A stretch of DNA of 64,000 bases. It comes from Candidatus Cloacimonadales bacterium. Lineage in GTDB: Bacteria > Cloacimonadota > Cloacimonadia > Cloacimonadales > JAIOQZ01. Both the position numbers and the translations under genes were made by a program. The notes under the pieces were generated by a model, which saw only the letters and a list, made by a program, of their open reading frames with translations, had not been told where the DNA came from and made no database searches. This document shows, one piece after another, positions 47,814 to 57,386 of the stretch. The stretch covers positions 2,048,001-2,112,000 of the forward strand of contig OY771587.1 of assembly GCA_963674825.1 (NCBI GenBank). The letters are read 5' to 3'. Numbering within the stretch: position 1 is the first letter of the stretch; each line of letters begins with the position of its first letter.

Positions 47814-48071
47814 AGAAGTGGCGCCGGTAGTTTGGACAGATATCCGTCATGTATAAGTGGAACCTTGCCGGTGATGATGTCATGCTGCATCGGGTAGATG
47901 CTCCGAGTCTTTTCGATACATTTCATCAGGCGTGCAGCCACCGTGGGCCGAGTGTGGTCGCTTCCGGTTATAGAAGTCCAGATGTTTCTGCAATGATCCT
48001 CTCGCGTTGTTGACGCTGTCGTACGCCTTCAGATAAACCTCCTCGTACTTGATTGTCTTCCAAAGCCGCTC
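47814..48071 (-). mobile_element. IS3-family remnant (transposase C-terminus plus right end)
   Basis: ERLWKTIKYEEVYLKAY...FYNRKRPHS...TPDEMY followed by the terminal repeat ...GTCCAAACTACCGGCGCCACTTCT. Confidence 0.88.
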
Positions 48072-48739
48072 TTTCTCCTGAGGTGACAAACCTCTGAACC
48101 CTTCAGCGGTCAATCTCTCAATTTCAGCTTCGAGTTTGGGTCTATTATATGATCGGTCTCCAAACTTAGTATTTTGATTTGCTATATCTCTTGCTTTGTT
48201 GGTAAGTCTTTTCATATTCTCATTATTCGCATTCTCAAAAACTATTTTATTGTGTTTGGACGCTTTTTCTGCATCTAAATAATCCTTCCGCAAGCCTGTT
48301 TCATTTCCTTCTTCAGCTGAGCCGAGTTCCGATTCGAGTTTTTCTATCGTTTGTGTAATCTCGATGTTCTTCTCTCCAAGGACTGCAAAAGGCTCGATGC
48401 CGTCATCTTGATTCGCGATGAACGTAGATTGTCTCTGACGAAATCCTCGTTGAACACTCGGATGATTTCGCTGTGGTTGGTGATATCTGATTTGGTAAGG
48501 TGTGGTGGAGCATCCATCTCCAGTTCAAACTCAGGATTGTCGAACTTCTCCGATAACCTGCCAGTTTCGAATGCACGAAAGATGCGAGAAAGGGTGGTCT
48601 TGCCGGAGTAATTGCGTCCATACAGGATATTCATTTTCTTGAATGTAAGAGGCTTACCTTCCTTATCAACAACCGATTGATCCCATGTGAAATCCTGAAA
48701 AACAGCAAAATTCCGGATACGTGATATCTTGCTGACCAT
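48072..48739 (-). pseudogene. Truncated, frameshifted AAA_13/RloC-like ABC ATPase
   Basis: NILYGRNYSGKTTLSRIF Walker A, VFNEDFVRDNL; frameshift near 48421 restores RFIANQDDGIEPFAVLGEKN; then fused to the IS3 remnant. Confidence 0.75.
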
Positions 48740-48850
48740 ATTGCCTCCAAGTATCTGTGAATCAAGAAATAATAGCTAAATGTCAGTGCATAATTGATTG
48801 ATGGCAATGAGTTGTCCAGTACTTTCCCGTATATGCATAATTATTGAAGT

Positions 48851-51445
48851 CTATTTCAAAAGCATCATCTTCTTCACGAGCTGATTGTCTTGGGTTTCGA
48901 GGCGATAGAAGTAAATGCCGCTGGAGACAGGCTTGCCGTGGTGATCGATGCCCTGCCATGTGATCAAGTGCGGCCCCGCTTCTTGTGTCTCGTGAACAAG
49001 CGTGGTTACCTTCTGGCCACGAATGTTGTAGATTGCGAGCTTGACGTCTGTCTTGCTCGGGATGCTGTAGCTGATCGTCGTCGAGGGATTGAATGGGTTG
49101 GGGTGGTTGGAGAGGAAAAACGTCGGAGATGTAACGTTGTCTTCGGTGGATAACACGTTGATGGATACGGTGTTGGTAGGCGTGGACTCGATGTTTCCGT
49201 ACTGCGCGGTGACATAGTAGTAATGGTCGCCGGTGGGTGCGCCGAAGTCGGTGTATTGGGTGCCGTTTTCCGCCGGTGAAAGCGCCACAAAGCTGCTGTC
49301 GCGGTAGATATTCCAGCCGTTCAGGCTGCGCACGGGATGATCCCAGGTCAACAGGACATCCTGCCCCGACTGTGTTGCCGCAAGTTCTTCCGGTGGCGCC
49401 ATGTACTGGTATTCGTAGCAACCGATGTCCATGCGCGCGATACCGTCGCCATCGCCGTCCCAGATGCGTTCGTTGCCGAGAAGATCGTATGGATGAAGCT
49501 CTTCCCAGGGCTCGGGCTGCCCCTGATCAATCAACGGCGAGTCCGCGCTCAGCATATAATCGTAACCAAACTGGCTGACGAACATTGGATCGACATCGAC
49601 ATTGTGCTCGCCCCAGTCCAGGAATTCGTCTCCTGCATCGTGATAGATATATTGCTGGCCGTACTCGATGTCGTTGTAGTCCATAATGACGTTGTAGTTC
49701 GTCCCGGCCCAGTCTTCCACATAGACGTTGTAGTAGTACCCGGAGTTGTCCCAGAAGACGTTGTTGTACATCTCTGCATTTCCGTTTTGCAGGATGATTT
49801 TGCGCGTACATGCGTTGTTGACGAAGGTGTTTCCGCTGATGTGGGCTTCACCGGTGTGGTTTTGCACCAGCAAGATGGTGCCCGGCTCCATTGCGTTGTC
49901 GTAGAAGAGGTTGTTTTCCACAATAATCCGGCTTTCGTCCTCGTGGAGCGGATGCAAGTCCAGCACTGCGATATAGGAGTAGCTGCCGTTTGTGGAATAG
50001 CCGGAGTTGTTGCGAAATATACTGTTGCGCAGGATCAGATCGCCTTCGATGTAGTCGCAGAACAAGGCCGCGGTAGGGAAGAAATCGTCACTGCCTGCAT
50101 AATTCCCATCGAAAACACAACCGTCGAATGTCACGTCTCTACCTTCGTACTCCATGCCACCATAACACATGGTGCTCGTATTATTCAGAAAATGAACATT
50201 CTTATAGAGTACGTTTTCGCCATGGACAAAATAGTGTCCTGCATGACTGTCAGTAGTGTTGTCTTTTATTAGTAGGTTGAGAAATTGCACATTTTTTGAT
50301 CTGCTACAATAAAGAGCAGTGCTATTTGAAAGTGCATATACTCCTTGAACACAAAAGTCCTGTAATATATTATCACCATGTTCTCGCAACATGGTAAGTG
50401 CACAGCAGTATCCATTTGCATCAATGATGGATTTCTCCATGCCTGCGCCGATAATATTAACGTATTGCTTTGGGGCTACAAGAAAGTATCGTTCGCCATC
50501 CCACAGATTATAGGTACCTTCTGCAAGATGGACGGTCTTTGGATTCAGACTGTCCGACTCGATACGGTTCAGTGCGACAGCAATGTTCTTGAGTGGCGAT
50601 CCTTCCGATAGACCATCGTTGTTATCGTCACCATCCGGAGAGACGTACAAGTCCTGGTTGACCTGTTCGATATACCCATGCTGAATATCGAATGTATAAG
50701 GATTATGGTTTTCGTAAGCCGATCGCCACCAACCATAATTCGCAAAATAATGCTTGGGCTGAGCAACGGTGAAAGTATCGACGACAACATTGCACTCGTT
50801 GATGTTCATGCAATAGATATCACCCGCTCCAAAATTATTGTAAACACTGCATAGATTATTTGCGTCAAATTCGATTACATTAGTCTCATCTGCAAATGCA
50901 ATTCCTCCATTTGCTTCATAACTGAAATTGTCGTGAACCGAGATACCTGAAAAATGAGCTCCTTCTGTAATATAGAAGAATATTCCACCACCACCTGTCG
51001 CATAATTGTATTTTATCTGACAATTCACTAAATAGACATCTCCCACAAAGCTTGCGTAGATCCCTCCCCCACCCGTAATCGTACCATCATAATACGGGCA
51101 ACCCGAGCCGTGGATCAATGTAAAGCCGCGTAGAGTAACTTCTTCCTCGTCATTGCAGATACGGACACAGCTATTCTGGTGATTGCCGTCGATGATGGTA
51201 GTATGGATATATTGAGGGTCTCCGGTGGTCAGTTCCAGGCTGGCGAGGGTGATGTTGTGCCCGTTATAGATCACGTTCTCGTAGTAGGTCCCGGGATGAA
51301 CCAGCACGGTGTCGCCATCGTCTGACGCGTTGATCGCGGACTGGATTACGGTGTAGTCCTGTGTGCCGTCGAGGGAGACGGTGAGGGTGGTCGCGGAGAG
51401 TGAGAGTACGGCTGTCAGAAAGAACAGGAATATCAGGTTTTTCAT
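48851..51445 (-). CDS. Type A secreted beta-helix protein (DUF1565-like, choice-of-anchor-Q-like, FN3, PNPFN CTD)
   Basis: Signal peptide; DGDTVLVHPGTYYEN; DLYVSPDGDDNNDGLS; DIGCYEY; NHPNPFNPST...KKMMLLK. Confidence 0.85.
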   Translation of the reverse strand: MKNLIFLFFLTAVLSLSATTLTVSLDGTQDYTVIQSAINASDDGDTVLVHPGTYYENVIYNGHNITLASLELTTGDPQYIHTTIIDGNHQNSCVRICNDEEEVTLRGFTLIHGSGCPYYDGTITGGGGIYASFVGDVYLVNCQIKYNYATGGGGIFFYITEGAHFSGISVHDNFSYEANGGIAFADETNVIEFDANNLCSVYNNFGAGDIYCMNINECNVVVDTFTVAQPKHYFANYGWWRSAYENHNPYTFDIQHGYIEQVNQDLYVSPDGDDNNDGLSEGSPLKNIAVALNRIESDSLNPKTVHLAEGTYNLWDGERYFLVAPKQYVNIIGAGMEKSIIDANGYCCALTMLREHGDNILQDFCVQGVYALSNSTALYCSRSKNVQFLNLLIKDNTTDSHAGHYFVHGENVLYKNVHFLNNTSTMCYGGMEYEGRDVTFDGCVFDGNYAGSDDFFPTAALFCDYIEGDLILRNSIFRNNSGYSTNGSYSYIAVLDLHPLHEDESRIIVENNLFYDNAMEPGTILLVQNHTGEAHISGNTFVNNACTRKIILQNGNAEMYNNVFWDNSGYYYNVYVEDWAGTNYNVIMDYNDIEYGQQYIYHDAGDEFLDWGEHNVDVDPMFVSQFGYDYMLSADSPLIDQGQPEPWEELHPYDLLGNERIWDGDGDGIARMDIGCYEYQYMAPPEELAATQSGQDVLLTWDHPVRSLNGWNIYRDSSFVALSPAENGTQYTDFGAPTGDHYYYVTAQYGNIESTPTNTVSINVLSTEDNVTSPTFFLSNHPNPFNPSTTISYSIPSKTDVKLAIYNIRGQKVTTLVHETQEAGPHLITWQGIDHHGKPVSSGIYFYRLETQDNQLVKKMMLLK

Positions 51446-51462
51446 GGTGTCTCCGGGTCGAT

Positions 51463-51570
51463 AACCCCTCCCTAACCCTCCCCTAAACAGGGGAGGGATT
51501 TAAGGAAGGGCAATATTAGGCTTCACCCGCCTCCTTTCCCCTTTGTAGGGGAAAGGTCGGGATAGGGGTT
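51463..51570. repeat. Inverted pair of REP-like purine/pyrimidine hairpins
   Basis: AACCCCTCCCTAA-CCCTCCCCT-AAAC-AGGGGAGGG, and on the minus strand AACCCCTATCCCGA-CCTTTCCCCT-ACAA-AGGGGAAAGG. Confidence 0.75.
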
Positions 51571-54500
51571 ATTTCAGCAGCAACGTCTTATTGATGCGTG
51601 TTTCGCCATCAGTGCGGAGTCTGATGAAGTAAACACCGCTGGCTGAGTCTGCTGCATTCCATACAATCTGATGTTCTCCTGCCGGCATCGTGCTGTCAAG
51701 CAGTGTTTTGACCTTCTGGCCTTTGACATTGAACACCTCGATGGATACCTTTCCGTCGCTTGCCAGCGAGAACTCGATCGTCGTCGAGGGATTGAAGGGG
51801 TTGGGGTGATTGGAGAGGGAAGTCTCAAAGACCGGTGAAGAATCCGAACCGTCATTCTCAAACGTGATGTGATAATAACTTCTTCCATCCGAGAGATCAA
51901 TCTCCGAATCGACCAGTGTGAGATCAGAATTGACGTACTGCATGTAATTACCCAGACTCTTGGTTATGCCCCTTCCTGTCGCCACAGCAAATGTCACTTC
52001 GCCTTCTTCTACCTCGCCGTTTTCATCGAAGATAAAGGCACAGAGTTGGGTCAGAGAATCGCCACAGACTTTCGCACCGACGCATTCTCCATCGAGATAG
52101 ATCGCCATCTCTTCGTATTCCGCCACGGGGACGTATTCAACATAGAACGGAACATAGTCGGCCTCTTCCTCGTAGCTGAAGAGATAAGGATGCTGGAAGG
52201 AACGATCGGTACCTCCACGGGACGACGATGTCCAGGTAAGTGTTACATCCTGATCAACACAGATTACTACCATGTCGCCATATTCAAGCTCCGATTTCGT
52301 ATCTCCCAGCCATTTTCCATTTGATCTCTGTAAGGCCCAATATTGAGCTTGCACGGAAGTAACATGGTCTTCGATCACCGCCAATGCTTCGATAGCATTT
52401 TCCGTACTATCAAGGAAGTAACCAACCCAGTTCTCGTAGCCACGATACAGGGTCACTTGCGTCGCCGAGTTCTGCAATGTCCCGGTGACAGGAAGCTCGA
52501 CCGGTGTTGTGCTAACCACCTGAACCTTGTAGCCTTGCTGGGATGTGAAGATGTGGTTTTCATTTGTCCATTGAAAATTATCATATTGAATATATTGTCT
52601 TCCAGTCTGTTGGGATGGCATCCATTCGAAATGATTTAGGATGGTCGTGTATAGGATGTCCTCGAGCATATATTCCGCCATATCGTAATCGGGAGTTTGG
52701 CAGATGCGGTCCAGGGCAGGGAAGCACATCCAGCGCCATTGCGTAGGGAGACCGGAAGGATCGACTGTTCTCGGTAACGACCACGTATCGATTGTATGTG
52801 CGATTGCAGGATTGGCGCCGATATCGATCGGTGTACCGTCATCATCGAGAAATAGAGGAACTCCAGCATCGATACAGGGACTTCTGCCGCTTGAGTCCCA
52901 TTGCGGATAGTAGTAGGTATAGTCGTTATAGACTGTCTCACCAAGGTATGGATTGACTTCTATGTTCGAGGCTCCATATTCAATGCCAATACTTGGAGAA
53001 ATTCCGGATGTCCCATTTCGGACATCAGAATATATAACCGTAACTTGGCCTACATTGTTATGCTTCACCTCCAAACCTGGATAAAATCCGGTTGTTCTCG
53101 GATTCCACAAGATCGTGTTGTTGATATTGATATTGGAATTCACCGATAATATGGGAAGGTCTGCATGATCGATAATTGTACAGTTCGATATCGTTACGCC
53201 AGGCGTCGATGTACAACTTGTGCAATAAATTGCCGAAGAACAGTGTGTTGAACTTGTTGTCTCTGGGCATGTATTATCATAAAACACACATCCACTGATA
53301 TTAACAGAGAAGTGATTATCGGAAGAAACTGTTAAACCTCCGGCTCCGTTCTCTGGACTGCTTTGGATATTATCATGGATTATATTATTTTGAAATTGAT
53401 TTTCATCATTCCAGCATTCTATATTGATGCCACCACAGTACTCTGCTGAATTTGAATAGACATTATTGTTATTGAAATCAAATCTACAGTCTCGTATCTC
53501 CTGATTATAAAACCAAGTTCCTACCCCTCCACAAGCTACTGCACAATTCTCAAAGATTTCATTATCCGTGATCGTAATGGGGTTGTATTCAATATCAGTT
53601 AGAAATATCCCACCACCAAAATCGATCGTACATTCATTATTGTATATCCCATTTCCCGATATTTCCAAATCACAATAGGTAATTTGGCACAAATTGACTC
53701 CGCCACCACATCCCTCATTAGCAATATTGTGGTGAATTAAATTGTTAGATATTGTTCCAGTGCTAGTTGCAATCTCCTTAAGCATTATACCCCCACCACC
53801 GATAATGCCTTCGAAGTCATTCAAGTTCACTACAGCCGTACACTCATTTCCATATATATCATTGTTGTCGATAGTTATTGATGCATGAGAACAATAATCT
53901 ATGAAAAGGCCTCCGCCCATGCCATCGTTAAGCAAAATGCCCTGCTCGGCATCGTAATATTGTCCAAGACTGATATTATTATAGATGGCACAATCTGTTA
54001 TGCTCATTTCATCAGAGCTTTGTATATAAATCCCTGCACCACCACGATCATCATCATCCCACTCATAATGTTTCGATTTGCAGTTGTTATAAATGTCACA
54101 CTGATCAATTTGGATTTCATTACTCGAAAAGACCGAAATCGCCCCACCACCGTGATAAAGATCATAACCGTTGAAATTTCCGACAAATATTGGATCATTC
54201 TCGTAGAATTCACAATTGTCGATTACCAGTTTGTTTGCATTGAATACCAATAATCCTCCAGCATAGTATCCCTGGTTGTCATGAACGGTAGTATGGCTCA
54301 ACACAATTGGCTTCACATCGATATCACTGTTATTAACTTTGATTGCGGCCTCATTCGTGTTTAATGGAGCATATACCTTTGTGATTACAGCATACTCCAT
54401 TTCAACGCCATCAGTACATGTTGATTCATCTAGATCAATAAAGATTCCCGACCAATAGGTTGAACCGGTTGCACTTGTAAAATAGACAGGATAATCCTCA

Positions 54501-54721
54501 GATCCATAGACAAGAAGGCTCCCATAAACCTCCATTCCACAACCGGCAAAGAAAGAAATCGTTATCGGTTGCTGATTGAATGACGTGTCGATTATCAATA
54601 CGTCATCGGCGTCAATTTCCTCTGTTACGGAAATCACATGATCCGTTGTCCATGTTTCGGTCGTAGCACAGATATTCAGTGACAAGCATACGATGAAGAG
54701 TGTCAGAATGAGCTTCTTCAT
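51569..54721 (-). CDS. Type B secreted protein: right-handed beta-helix, conserved C-terminal module, PNPFN CTD
   Basis: Signal peptide; GGG/IxNNxI repeats; SPCIDAG..W.CFP..ENWVGYF..EADY; NHPNPFNPST. Confidence 0.85.
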   Translation of the reverse strand: MKKLILTLFIVCLSLNICATTETWTTDHVISVTEEIDADDVLIIDTSFNQQPITISFFAGCGMEVYGSLLVYGSEDYPVYFTSATGSTYWSGIFIDLDESTCTDGVEMEYAVITKVYAPLNTNEAAIKVNNSDIDVKPIVLSHTTVHDNQGYYAGGLLVFNANKLVIDNCEFYENDPIFVGNFNGYDLYHGGGAISVFSSNEIQIDQCDIYNNCKSKHYEWDDDDRGGAGIYIQSSDEMSITDCAIYNNISLGQYYDAEQGILLNDGMGGGLFIDYCSHASITIDNNDIYGNECTAVVNLNDFEGIIGGGGIMLKEIATSTGTISNNLIHHNIANEGCGGGVNLCQITYCDLEISGNGIYNNECTIDFGGGIFLTDIEYNPITITDNEIFENCAVACGGVGTWFYNQEIRDCRFDFNNNNVYSNSAEYCGGINIECWNDENQFQNNIIHDNIQSSPENGAGGLTVSSDNHFSVNISGCVFYDNTCPETTSSTHCSSAIYCTSCTSTPGVTISNCTIIDHADLPILSVNSNININNTILWNPRTTGFYPGLEVKHNNVGQVTVIYSDVRNGTSGISPSIGIEYGASNIEVNPYLGETVYNDYTYYYPQWDSSGRSPCIDAGVPLFLDDDGTPIDIGANPAIAHTIDTWSLPRTVDPSGLPTQWRWMCFPALDRICQTPDYDMAEYMLEDILYTTILNHFEWMPSQQTGRQYIQYDNFQWTNENHIFTSQQGYKVQVVSTTPVELPVTGTLQNSATQVTLYRGYENWVGYFLDSTENAIEALAVIEDHVTSVQAQYWALQRSNGKWLGDTKSELEYGDMVVICVDQDVTLTWTSSSRGGTDRSFQHPYLFSYEEEADYVPFYVEYVPVAEYEEMAIYLDGECVGAKVCGDSLTQLCAFIFDENGEVEEGEVTFAVATGRGITKSLGNYMQYVNSDLTLVDSEIDLSDGRSYYHITFENDGSDSSPVFETSLSNHPNPFNPSTTIEFSLASDGKVSIEVFNVKGQKVKTLLDSTMPAGEHQIVWNAADSASGVYFIRLRTDGETRINKTLLLK

Positions 54722-54814
54722 AATTCCACCTGATCAATTCGGTTGTGTGTTTTGTTACGTTGGCAAATTCATATCGACATTAACCCCGTTTCTGATCCTA
54801 TCCTATAGAAAAAT

Positions 54815-57166
54815 TCATTTCATCATCATCATCTTGCGATACAACGTCTTACCGGAGTATCTCATACGGCAGATATAGACACCACTACTGACCGTCGATT
54901 GCCGATTGTTACGTCCATCCCACACGATTTCATGATACCCGGCTTGATATGTGATGCCGCCCAAGTCGCGTATTTTCTGTCCACGCATGTTGTAGATTGC
55001 GATCTTGACGGTAGAGGTTGTTGGTATCGTGAAACGGATGGTGGTACTCGGATTGAACGGATTCGGATAGTTGGTCAATCCTGATTCGTAGGGTGGGATA
55101 TTCTGTTGAGTTGCCATATCTGGATCGTACTCGTAGCAACCCATGTCGATACGGGCAATACCATCCTGATCACCGTCGACAAAGCGGTCATTGAGCAGCA
55201 AATCATATAGCGGAAGATACATCCCTGTTGTATCCGCTCTGCCGGCATCAATGCTGAGGTCACCTGCTGGAAGACGGTAGGGAAAAAGACTCTCTGGATT
55301 GTTTGTATTCCAGTCTGGTGGGGCATTGATATTGCCATCTAGCCAGTTCAGTGTGCAAAGTTCAACATCCGGTACATATATGCTCGCTTCGCCTCCATTG
55401 ATGTTGCAGTGATCAATATTGAGGACGTTCTCAAGCTGCGCACTAGCTCCGGATGGTAGTGTGATTTCATATTGTGTGAGGTCGTCGAATATGCAATTAG
55501 CTGCATTTACTTCTTCCCACCCCACATCGAGTGTGGCAAACGAGGCGTTATTGTTAACAAATGTGCAATTATAGATATCTACACCTCCAAGGCAGCGTAG
55601 AGTCACAACACTTTCAGTAGGCATCGTGTTATTGTAAATCAGGTTGTTACGAAAAGTAAGATGCGCCTCCATTCCTTGCCGGCTTCCTATTGATAAAGCG
55701 AGGCTATGCCATGGGGATTGACATGAGCCGTTACCGAACGTGCAGTTCTCCACAAGAGCATCTCCACGCATGCTAACGTATAGATGGGCATACCCAAAAT
55801 CGTATTCTCCTGAAGCAATTGCATGATTGTTGTAAAACTTGCAATTGCGAATAACTGTGTTGTCGGATAGAAGGTAAGCTCCCGGCCTATCTTCCGCAAT
55901 GTTGTCATGAATGCTTGAGTTTGTGAGTGTAAAACTATCTACTTCATTGATATATAAGGTACCAAATCTATCATGGTTAGCCCCAGACGCGTCAATATCG
56001 TCTAATATCACTTGATTCACACATGATATTCCAATTAAAATGTTGGTGTTTATGCCATTATTAACTAATTTCAGCCCAGAAGCCTGTACTTTCTGGCTAT
56101 CAAGCCCGGAACTTATAAATGGCATTCCCCGATCATTATGTAGCGCAACAAAATCGGAACCTTCTCCATGTAGGATGCAATAATCCTTCAGCGATATCGG
56201 AAGAAGCAAGTTTGTTTCTTCATAGCTATATTCTCCTGCAGCGACATACACAGTTTTGGGATTCAAGCTGTCCGATGCAATTTTCCGCATTGCCAAGGAA
56301 ATGTTCAGGAGGGGATCTTCCGGTGATAGTCCGCTGTTGCGATCATCTCCATTTGGAGCAACGTACAGGTCATGATTGACTTCTTCCATCCAGCCGTGCA
56401 GAACATCGTGCGTCAGTTCTCCAGTATCATCAAACTGATGAAAGAAATATGAGAAATATTGAGTAGGCGGATTTACGGTGAAAGTGTCTACTATTACATT
56501 AATATCATGATCTGCTTCTACAATGTAAAGATCGCAGTGAGCGCCGCCCGTATTATTGTAAATATTGCAACGATTTGAGGGATCGAATGTCAAGTTTGAA
56601 TCGTAATGAACATATATTCCCCCTCCAACAAGTGCTTGGTTTTGGCATATTGAGACTCCTGACAAGAAAAGATCTGCCTGCACTACATAAATCCCTCCTC
56701 CTGAATATGCAATATTGTCGCGCATTATGCAATCTTCAATTGTCGCATCAATGATGGGACTAATATTGTAATTGGTGCATATAAATACACCACCTCCGTA
56801 CACGCTATTGCTGGAATCAGTTCCACTCCCGTTTGTTATGGTGAATCCTTTTATTCTAGCATTCTGCTCATGATCATTGAGGACAAAGCAACTTCCCGTT
56901 TGATTCCCGTTCACGATTGTGGTACCAATGTAGCTCTCATCGCCGGTTGTGAGTTCAAGGCTGGCGATGGTGATACCGTGGCCATTGAAGTTGACGTTTT
57001 CGTAGTAGGTTCCGGGCCAAACCAGCACGGTATCGCCATCTGCAGATGCATTCACGGCGGATTGGATGGTTGTCCAGTCTCCGGTTCCGTCCTGCTTTAC
57101 AGTGATGGTGACTGCGGAGAGTGAGATCGCTGCTGTGACAAGGATCAGGGCTATCAGGTTTTTCAT
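54815..57166 (-). CDS. Type A secreted beta-helix protein (paralogue of 48851-51445)
   Basis: MKNLI start matching the paralogue; DGDTVLVWPGTYYEN; DLYVAPNGDDRNSGLS; DMGCYEY; NYPNPFNPST. Confidence 0.85.
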   Translation of the reverse strand: MKNLIALILVTAAISLSAVTITVKQDGTGDWTTIQSAVNASADGDTVLVWPGTYYENVNFNGHGITIASLELTTGDESYIGTTIVNGNQTGSCFVLNDHEQNARIKGFTITNGSGTDSSNSVYGGGVFICTNYNISPIIDATIEDCIMRDNIAYSGGGIYVVQADLFLSGVSICQNQALVGGGIYVHYDSNLTFDPSNRCNIYNNTGGAHCDLYIVEADHDINVIVDTFTVNPPTQYFSYFFHQFDDTGELTHDVLHGWMEEVNHDLYVAPNGDDRNSGLSPEDPLLNISLAMRKIASDSLNPKTVYVAAGEYSYEETNLLLPISLKDYCILHGEGSDFVALHNDRGMPFISSGLDSQKVQASGLKLVNNGINTNILIGISCVNQVILDDIDASGANHDRFGTLYINEVDSFTLTNSSIHDNIAEDRPGAYLLSDNTVIRNCKFYNNHAIASGEYDFGYAHLYVSMRGDALVENCTFGNGSCQSPWHSLALSIGSRQGMEAHLTFRNNLIYNNTMPTESVVTLRCLGGVDIYNCTFVNNNASFATLDVGWEEVNAANCIFDDLTQYEITLPSGASAQLENVLNIDHCNINGGEASIYVPDVELCTLNWLDGNINAPPDWNTNNPESLFPYRLPAGDLSIDAGRADTTGMYLPLYDLLLNDRFVDGDQDGIARIDMGCYEYDPDMATQQNIPPYESGLTNYPNPFNPSTTIRFTIPTTSTVKIAIYNMRGQKIRDLGGITYQAGYHEIVWDGRNNRQSTVSSGVYICRMRYSGKTLYRKMMMMK

Positions 57167-57256
57167 GGTTGGCTCCAAACTTTCCACGAACATGATTTCG
57201 ATTCTCGAAATCACATCGTTCGATCATTTCGTTGTGACTGCGTCAAAGCCGAAATT

Positions 57257-57299
57257 AACTCCCCCTAACCCCCTCTTTGCACAAAGAGGGGGCTTAAGG
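57257..57299 (+). repeat. REP-like hairpin (third copy)
   Basis: AACTCCCCCTAA-CCCCCTCTTT-GCAC-AAAGAGGGGG-CTTAAGG. Confidence 0.7.
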
Positions 57300-57386
57300 T
57301 AAGTATCATTTTATCCGCTAACATTATCCCGATAAATCGGGATTACATCGCTCATGGGTATCGTTTTCGCTTCGCGAAAGCCGAAC

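Noticed and set aside
47880..48293. 137-aa ORF as a functional gene
   Set aside because: A chimera of an ATPase pseudogene and an IS3 transposase tail
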